64,000 nucleotides of DNA, taken from NCBI GenBank assembly GCA_026023565.1, contig JAPETS010000039.1:62001-126000 (forward strand). The letters run 5' to 3'. The stretch comes from Cirrosporium novae-zelandiae (lineage: Eukaryota). Under the pieces are notes generated by a model, which saw only the letters and a list, made by a program, of their open reading frames with translations, ran no database searches and had not been told where the DNA came from. This document shows, piece after piece, positions 55,017 through 64,000 of this stretch (the stretch's first letter is position 1; each line of letters starts with the position of its first letter). The position numbers were made by a program, and so were the translations under genes.

Positions 55017-55897
55017 AGTTGATGATAAGATGGGATGAAAGGAATGATTTGATTTGATTTTTTGATATTTTTTTTTAAAAGGTCAAAATATCTTTTCGCT
55101 TTTTCTATACATACATAAGTAGGAAGGTTTAGTTAAGGAATTTGATCCTATTAGTAGTCTACTTCCTACACCCAAATAAATACACAAACAAGTTTTAACA
55201 AAAAAAAAAGCCAACAACACATATCAACCTCTAGCACAGTTACTGTAACATTCGGCTCAAGAACTTACTTCTCTGCTTTGGCACGTCTTGTCTTCCCTTT
55301 TCGCACACATATATCTATATATTCCGTTACTCTATACCACACCACACTACATACAACACATAGATTATGAAATAAAAGTTTTTTATATCTTATATCCTAT
55401 ATCTCTCATCTATCAGGTAATTTCGGGTATTTCAGGTTAGATATTCCAGGTAAAATAGACCGTATATATAAAATAAAGGCATGATGAAATAAATCATAAA
55501 AAATAAATAAACAAGTTTCCCCTTTCCCTTTAACATAAAACACTCTTCCTATGCACATACAACAGATACAAAAGTTTTTTTTATCATTTAACATTTAGAA
55601 AATCCACAATTTCAAACTAGTAAGTCTCTCTCCCTCTCTTTAATGCTTTATGAACAAATTCCACACACCCATACACAGACAAAACAAACAAAAAAGCAAA
55701 CCGCAAAAAGGTATTTAAGGTTGTGCATGGGGTGTCAAAAATATGTACACCTAAAATCCGACTCTTCGACTTATCTTCAATGTCTTGTATGCATGCTTCA
55801 CAAGTCACAATATAACACACAACACGCACACAGAATCCATTACCCCAACCCTTCTCATTGCTTCTTTACCAAATCCGGGTTGTGAAGGAAATTGGGC

Positions 55898-58800
55898 TTA
55901 GCTATCATCAACCAACCTCGTCTGCTCCCATTTTCTCCTAGCTCCCTCCATCAGACTCTCAATCTCACCACTCATCTCGCACATTCCCCTAAAAACACCA
56001 CCTTCCTTCTTCAGCAACTCCCAGCTGGATCCATATTCTACCACCTCCCCTCTATCCAACACTAATACTTTGTCATAATCGATAATTGTCTGCAACCGAT
56101 GTGCGATTGTGATAATGGTGTTTTCTTTTAACTCCCGTAAAGTATCCTGGATCTTGGAATCTGTGGCGTAGTCAATAGAAGCGGTAGCTTCGTCCATGAG
56201 CAGGACACGAGGGTTCACGAGAAGAGCACGAGCGAGACAGAGCAGTTGGCGTTGACCTTGCGAGAGATTGGATCCGGATTCTGATACGGAGGATTGAAGG
56301 TCCAGGAATATATTCTTATTATCATGTCCAGAATTAGTCATTACTTTGGTCAGAGGGGGGGAATTGGTATCGACATCGATACCAAGACCAGCGCTCGCAT
56401 CATCATTGGAAGAAGATGGCTCGTTTGTGGTATTAGGTTCTTGTTCAGCTGATGTGGTAATTGGTGGGGATTCATTTGAAGGTGACTCGATGAGGTAAAC
56501 GCGGCGGAGAGCGGTGAAAATTTCTTCGTCAGTAAATAGGCCGAAGGGGTCAAGGTTACTGCGAATTGTGCCACTGAAGAGGGTTGGGTCTTGAGGAACC
56601 ATGGTTATGGATTCGCGAAGTTGTTGTAGACCAATTAATCCGATATCAACGTTGTCAATGAGAATTTTCCCTTTATCAGCCTCCAGAGCTCGGAACATCG
56701 CCAACGCAAGAGAACTTTTACCAGCACCAGTCCGTCCAACAACACCAACTCTCTCACCAGGAGCAATCTTAAAGGTGAGATTTCGAAGTACGGGGTCGAG
56801 ATCTGATCGGTATCGAGTGGAATAATTTATGAACTCGATAGAGCCTTTGCTTGGCCAATTTGATGGTGGGGCTGTTTCGGAGATGACTGCTTTGGCTTCC
56901 TGTTCTACATCCAAGTATTCCTTGACGCGCTCGACAGAGTTCATGTTCTGTTCGTTTGCTGAATACAATCGCACAAGCCAGAGCACGTTCTCGGTGAAAG
57001 TGATGGCGTATGTTAGAGACAAACCTGCAGCACCAGCATCGACTTTTCCGACGCCTAATACAACAAAAGCCCCGGCAAAGAAAGCAACCAAGGCACCAGT
57101 CATATCAACGCGGAACGCCAACCATCTATTGGTTGCCCACATATAGATAAAGGGTCTGTTATGGGTGTTGATACGCATTTGATTATCACGGACAAATCGT
57201 TTCTCATCACCGTAAGCCCGAATAGTAACAACACCACTCAATGTCTCCCCGAATTGCTGATAGAGTGGACTTCGCTGTACAGATTCGAGTCGCTTCAAGT
57301 CTCGAGATGAGTCAATGTAGACAATAGCAATGACATAATATATAACACCGATAAATACACCGGCAATTAGGAAACCTGGAGTAATGATTGAAATCAAGAT
57401 AACAACAGCCGCAACAGCCACAGCGGAATGGAGCCATCCAATTGCAATAGGCGCGACTTCTTGATCAATAGATTCAAGATCTTTAGAAAATCGATTCATA
57501 ATCTGACCAAGTGGAGTTGAGTCGAAGAATCGGAACTTGGCACGCATTACAGATTCGCGTAAACGTCTATGAATACGTCGTGAAGCAGCAAGCGATCCCG
57601 TGAAGACGATCAATTCTCTGAGGAAGGCAATCAAGACATATGAAAAGCCAATCGCAGCATACATCCATAGATAATAACCGACATCCACTTCAGTATGTAC
57701 GACCGTGATGCTAATTGAGGATTTCGGAAATTGAGGTAGATTCCAAGCACAGGGAGATCCAGCCGAACAGCCAGTAACGAAAGATTTTATCATTCCTGGA
57801 TATGATCCAACCAATGAAATGTCCCTGAATGTTGTCATGGTGTTTTTCTGTTGGACCTGGTAGGCATTTGCCCATTCTCGAATCCACACATTGGTAGCAA
57901 TTGATCCCGCTTGACCAGCAATGAAAGCTATACTAGTAGCGACCCAGAAATACCAAGGGCCCATAGCTCTTAGGTATGTTTTGATAACGTTCCATTTAAC
58001 CTTTCCGGCCGCCTTTTCTTCGGTTAGATGGGCACTAATTTTTCCTTCCTTTTGTTTATCGGCGCCATTGGGTTTGCCGTTAGGAGCACCATTGACCGAA
58101 CTTCCAGCAGCTGCATTAGGTTTTTTTCCGTTTCCATTTTGATGTACTTTGACATCTTCAAGGTTTGATTGAATTCTAGTAGTCATCCCAGACACGGCCT
58201 CTGAAGCCGGTCTTGATTTAAACAAATCTTCCCCAAAGACGCCAGCACAATTAACTTCCTCCGGAGTTCCTTGAGCAGCCACTTTGCCATTATTCAAAGC
58301 GATAACATATTGAGAGCGTGGAACGCAAAGCGACACGTTGTGGGTAACCAGAATACAAGTTCGATTATACATTAAAGGACCTGTAATGCAATGTTCAAAA
58401 ATGTGGCTTGCGGTATGAGAGTCAACAGCACTCAAGCAGTCATCGAGGAGAAGATGCCGGGAGTTGCTATATAAAGCTCTTGCGAGTGAGATTCGCTGCT
58501 TCTGTCCACCAGACAAGGCAATTCCCTTTTCACCGACGAGAGTTTGATCACCTGCATCAAGAATGTCAAGATCTCGCTCCAGAGCACAAGCCCAAAGAAC
58601 GCTCCTATATCGAGCCTCGTCAAAGGGAGAAGCAAATATAATATTCTGTTTAATGGTAGCATTCACAAGCCAGGCCTGTTGTGCGCAGTATGCAACACTC
58701 TCAGTCAGGCCAGTCATAGGATCAGGTCGCATGTCCTCACGGCCAATGCCACCAGGGAGGAGCACGCGGCCTTCAACAAGCGACATTTCACCTAGTAGAG

Positions 58801-61119
58801 CCATTAATAATGACGTCTTGCCAGAACCAGTGGGACCAGCGACGACATTAAGCTTGCCAACTTTGAATTTTATATCCATGTTGATTAATCGGAAAGCGGA
58901 ATCTTGTCCATCACTAGAGACGCTATCCTTACTACCCCAAGTGAGCGTAGCATGGTCGAGACCAATAACAGACTCACCGTTTTCATCATATTCATCATGA
59001 ATGAGTTGCCTATATTTGTTGGTCTCTTCCTCATTAAGGAATTTCTCAACTCTGTCAACAGAGACCTTTGACTCCTGTACATGAGCTATCATATCTGCCA
59101 GTTGATCCAGAGGTACCCGGAGCAACGAAAAGAGAGAGATGGCAGTAAATGCAACGGAAGGAATGAGGTCCCTTTTTTCGACAACGGTATAAATGAAAAA
59201 CGTAGAAAGAGTGATAAGTATAGGTGCAGAATACCAGATTGTAGATGCAAGTGCCCAGAGAATGAACCTTCGCTTTAGTGCTTTGAGCTCAATAGCTCGT
59301 TTCTCATCAACCAATGCTCCAAACTTTTCCTCCCAAGCAAAGTACTTGATTATTCTAATATTGTTTAAGACCTCGTTGGTAGTGTGAATACGACCATCCG
59401 TAGCAGTCATGATTTGTTTTTGAGTCTTCGAAAATTGTTTGGCTACAACCAAATTGATTGGAAGTAGTAATCCCATCATGACAATTCCAGCAATGGAACT
59501 ATATCCTAAAATACGCCACAAAAGATATATTGCAATGACGACTTGGACAGGAACACTAGCCCACAGATAATGAAGATAAGAGCTAACTTCGCTGACCTTG
59601 AAAGAGTCGACAGCCATGAGATTGATGATAGTACCAACATGAGCAACCTGGGAGCTTTCAATCGTAGGGTCGGTTTTGGAAATGCTTTGTTGGTCTTGGT
59701 TCTTTCTGCGGCCAAGAGAAAGTATCTTCTCAGTCACGCGTCGAGCAAGTCTGGGTCTTGGGGCCGTTGGTGAGGGCGGCGTAGATTCCTGTTCTTGATC
59801 TGACCTTTTTTCAGTAGTAGACTCTGCGGATGCTTTACGACGTAAGGATTTGGCGTAGATTTCGCCGATAATGATTGCTCGAAGTCGTATGCATATTCTC
59901 CTGCCAATCCAGAGAGCTTGTCCATCGGCGACAGCTTGTATTGCCCCAGATACGAAGAGAAGAGTGACGTAGAACCATGCTGCGCTGACCGGTATACTGT
60001 CTGGGGTTTCGATATATTCCAGAATAGCCTTCAATAGAAGAGTTGGCAAGAACGTGAAGATGTTGGAGAACATGCACCACAAGGCTTGTATCAGCAGATG
60101 TCTCTTGAAATGCTTCAATAAATGAGTAGCAAGCCCAGACGTTTTCTTAACCTGTCTAAAATGGGCTAGGACATTTGCAGCCTTGTCTTTTGGTATTAGG
60201 TTCCAAACATCCCCAATTTCGAGAGTCATCTTGTAGCCTTTCCAGACGATAGGATTAGCCCACCCAAAAGTTACTTGTGTGAGTAAGCTTGCTAGCGGTT
60301 CCTGAGAAGGCTCTAGACTGTCTTCATATTCCAGAACCACTGCTTTGTTCCCTTTGCGTATTGTAAGCGCGATTCCGAGAAGTAGAGTTGCCAGTGCAAA
60401 GCTGGAAATAGTGAAAATCTGAGCGAGCCGCGATACCGGGTGGATAATTTCTGATCGGAATACGAGAACAATTGAAAGCCACCGGCAGGCATATAAAAAT
60501 GCTGTATGCCTCCATAGTTTGGGGAAGGAATATTGAGTGGAGATCGTTAAAAGCAAGCGGCAGAATATAATAGCGGCAATATATCCCCAAGTCGCTACCT
60601 CCGCTATGGCCACTTGCTGATCTTTTTTGCCCCAGGCGTGTGTCATGAGCGCTGCAATACCAATACCAACTTCTGCCAGAGCGGCTAGAAGCTCGATCAA
60701 GACGACCAGTTTTTCTCCTTTCGGTCTATCAACAGTTAAAGTTGATACATAACCCTGGCTTTTAGTTTGATGAAGTATTAATTGACTTAAATCATCTTCA
60801 TCGTCTTCCGCCGTAGCGTCGTCATCAATAGTTAACGCATCATCTTGTGTATGACTTGGTACTCCATATATGAGTTCATCTTGCGGGATTGCATGATATG
60901 CAATTTGCCTATCTCGAATAATCCGTCGCGCTATCTGGACCGAAAGGACCAAAAGTGATGCAACACAGGCTATTAGAGGGAAAAGGATTTGCAGATAACT
61001 ATTCAACACGTTAACAATGTAAACAAGAGAGAGGCCACAAGGGTGAGGATATACTCATGTTCAAAGCAGAAAGAGAAATCGTCAATCTGCCATATCGGCT
61101 CGTCACAGTGGGCGAACAT
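55898..61119 (-). CDS. ABCC transporter, Ybt1/Bpt1-like (bile acid / bile pigment vacuolar transporter)
   Basis: Short first exon MFAHCDEPIWQIDDFSFCF, then one exon of about 5.1 kb with GPTGSGKTS / LSGGQKQRISL / LLDD and GRTGAGKSS / NLSQGQRQL / LMDEATASID. Confidence 0.9.
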
Positions 61120-62202
61120 GACGAACGCAAGAGCTAGCTGCTTTGCAGCAGAGAAGTACGACTAACTAATCCAGAGCATAAAAGAACCCTATAGATGATA
61201 GCTAGTGAGATGAAAAAAGCTCCAGCATAAGTTGGAAGAGGTTGACACTGCAGGCAGACAGACCAGACACCAAGACACCCCACGGTAGATAAGTACGTCG
61301 ACAAGGGCGAAAGCTGTAGCGAACGAGAGAAGTGCAACGGCGGTCGGTTGCTGAAGACGCAGGTGTTCGAAAATTAAAATAATTGGTGCAAGAGATCAGA
61401 CTATGCCTTTTTAGTCATATGATTAGCCAATTAAAAGACGAAATTTGGCATGGTGGTAGAGACCTTGAGTGATGTTTGTCCTGTTTGACTAAAAGCTCCA
61501 AGATACACTACCACTGACTACCACTGACTACCGACAATGCCCCCAGTCATGACCCTAGTATGCCTGGATACACCTCAAAATTAAATAAATGTCACCGCAA
61601 CTTCTCAGCTAAACACCCAAAACTACCCAGAACAGTCAACTGCCTGTCAAAGATCTCCTGTTCGCCGCCCTTGAAAGCCCCAGTTAGAAATACTACGCCC
61701 TAATATAGGAATGGCGAACCGATAAGCCTGCATCGCGAGCCGAATAATAATGTTCCCCGATCCATCGAGCTAATTATCGCCTAGCTGGGAAAGTCCTAGG
61801 CAGATAAGAGTACGGATGCAATTCCGAATCCTACTACAATTGGCACATTATGGCATATTAATCTGGAGAGGTGCTACAGCATAACTGCACGCGACAATAT
61901 TAGGAATTACAATAAGCGGGCACGAATCAGACAGCTTCTACGTGTGCCATCCATATTCGAGGAACTAGAAATGAGTCAAATGGCAGCTATGGATCATAGC
62001 ATTACTGCACATCTGATCCCTTTACCCTCCCAAATGAATCCCAATAAGGCGGAACATAAAGCTCATTATGCATTAGGGAATGATTTGAAATTCGGAGAAA
62101 AGTACCCCTGTGATGAAAAGGCTGTGGCTGAAGCAAGGTATATGTACAAGTCCGAGTCAAGGAGTAGTCTTCTAGGCGATGTAGCATTTCATACAATTGC
62201 AT

Positions 62203-63004
62203 TTACCGGGGAAGTGCTTTTGGTTCCCAAGCGCTGTATTTGGATTTTGTCCTGTGTTTCATGGTTAATGCCCGACACCGAAAACCGAGAATACCCAACA
62301 TACGTAGAATATGGCCGATATGCTGCTCGTGTAGCCGTCAGGTTGGGAATATGAGTAGGTAACTCCCAGGCTCTTATGCCAGTTTGGAGAATCCGGTCCG
62401 AAGGAGGGGCTTTATCGACCATATATGAAATCCATGCGTGCCTGGCAACCTTTTCTAAGTGTTCTGTCGATATATAAAAGGCGTTGAAGATGAACAGCTT
62501 ACCAGCCAGGTTCGATTTGATCACTATTACGGGTTAGTCTAGAATAGCACTCAGGATTCAACTCATGATAAACCTACGGTTGAAAATCCTTGTTCTTAAA
62601 ATCCACCCATCGTGTCCGAACTGTAGATAATTTAGCGCGGAGAGAAGTGGCAATTGATGTTGATTAAGCTATACGAGGTAATTCTTCCTCCAGATTCTCA
62701 AAGTATTTGTTTCCATAGCGATCTGTACCAATCAAAGTTCCAGCTTTGGTATCGCCTGAACCACAGTAAGTACGACGACAGGATAAACATCAATGAATGG
62801 CTCACCCATATACTATAAAAATCACGAAGAAATTCCATCAGTATGGTGATTCCAGACTGGACCAGTATCAGTTTCAACATACCTGCATTTGGTGGCCAAA
62901 TTGCTAGAGAGTCGTCAGTACCATGAATATACTTTGACAGGACAGGGCCTCACCTTCAGACCAATTCTCCGCAAGTTACGCAGCGTACGTGAAATAGTCG
63001 ACAT
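62203..63004 (-). CDS. NDUFA12: Mitochondrial complex I subunit NDUFA12 (B17.2/N7BM), highly fragmented
   Basis: Spliced MSTISRTLRNLRRIGLK|QFGHQMQ|YMG|DTKAGTLIGTDRYGNKYFENLEEELP|LRTRWVDF..QIEPGW|HAWISYMVDKAP..NLTATRAAYRPYST|TKSKYSAWEPKALPR. Confidence 0.9.
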
Positions 63005-63198
63005 CCTTGATGTTTAAGGAGTGGAGTTTGTTGAAGTCCGAATAGCTACTTGTTGACGTTGAAGTTTCCCTCGTCGTCGCAGTTCAGCCGGAGATGTCGG
63101 CGTTGCACTCTTGGGCTCTCCACCCAACCTAATAACCTTCAAGCAGCTTTTCTTAGTCACGTTAACTACCAAATCCTTCCCTTGAGCGATTCTTCATA

Positions 63199-64000
63199 AT
63201 GATAGCCCGGCGTCTAGGTGGAAGCATTCTACGTCGTCAAATGTGTCCATGTCGGTCCTGGAAACTATCTAGAGGGCGTCGGTACTATTCTTCACCTCCA
63301 CCAATTTCCAATGGTGGACCACCACCCTCTCCATTATCCGTACTTTCTGGAGTGACCTCAGAGCTCGATAAGATTGCTCCGAAATTTGAGATCCAGGGCA
63401 GTCAGATAAAGGTATTGGAGACGCCTGCGGAGTTCTATGAAACACTAAAAGGAAAAATACTAAATGCAAAGTCGAGAATCTTTCTCTCAACGCTTTATAT
63501 TGGCAAAACTGAACATGATCTTATTTCTTCAATCCGGACATCTCTCCTCAAAAATCCCAATCTTCATGTCTCGATCCTCACAGACTGCCTGCGTGGAACT
63601 CGTGAAACGCCGAACCCATCATGCGCTTCTCTTCTTGCTCCTCTCGTGAAAGAATTTGGTTCTGAGAGAGTAGAGATTAGGATGTACCATACTCCCAACC
63701 TGACCGGCCTCAGAAAAAAGACAATCCCACAAAGAATTAATGAGGGGTGGGGCCTTCAACATATAAAACTGTATGGTGTGGATGATGAAATAATAATGTC
63801 TGGGTGTGAGCTCCCTCCCCTCAATCAACTCCCCAGCAGAAACCCTAACCATTAAAATCGGATGTATATTTCAGAGCGAATCTTTCAAATGATTACTTCA
63901 CCAATCGTCAAGATCGCTATCATGTTTTCTCTTCAAAGCGCATCACGGATTATTTTGCTCGCATGCACCACGCCGTTTGCAGTCTTAGCTACTCCGTACT
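63199..64000 (+). CDS. PGS1: CDP-diacylglycerol-glycerol-3-phosphate 3-phosphatidyltransferase (runs off the window end)
   Basis: Arg-rich mitochondrial presequence, RIFLSTLYIG, ILTDCLRGTR, RINEGWGLQHIKLYGVDDEIIMSG (HKD-like) spliced to ANLSNDYFTNRQDRY. Confidence 0.92.

Overview
Eukaryotic DNA from a filamentous ascomycete (Pezizomycotina; protein style is Eurotiomycetes-like, low certainty), with short GT-AG introns and CTRAC/CTAAC branch sites. I reconstruct about 18 protein-coding genes by reading splice signals by eye: a secreted Thr/Val/Pro/Gly-repeat protein, RPF1, an MBOAT acyltransferase, RIX1, YPP1/Rhf1, a CDC34-like E2, a UBA/UIM protein, YCF1, a DUF2841 protein, SAC3, LTV1, SLP1, SPO12, an Ada-type methylphosphotriester methyltransferase/regulator, an O6-alkylguanine alkyltransferase, a YBT1/BPT1-like ABCC transporter, NDUFA12 and a truncated PGS1. 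Intergenic DNA is rich in microsatellites and homopolymers. Two gene-free intervals (about 5.3-7.4 kb and 40.6-46 kb) contain decayed gene relics, including an isolated PUB1/TIA-1 RRM fragment with its intron. The most notable feature is the tandem adaA-like and agt/ogt-like pair (53031-55016), which mirrors the bacterial adaA-adaB adaptive-response arrangement. All identifications come from motif recognition only; no database searches were run.
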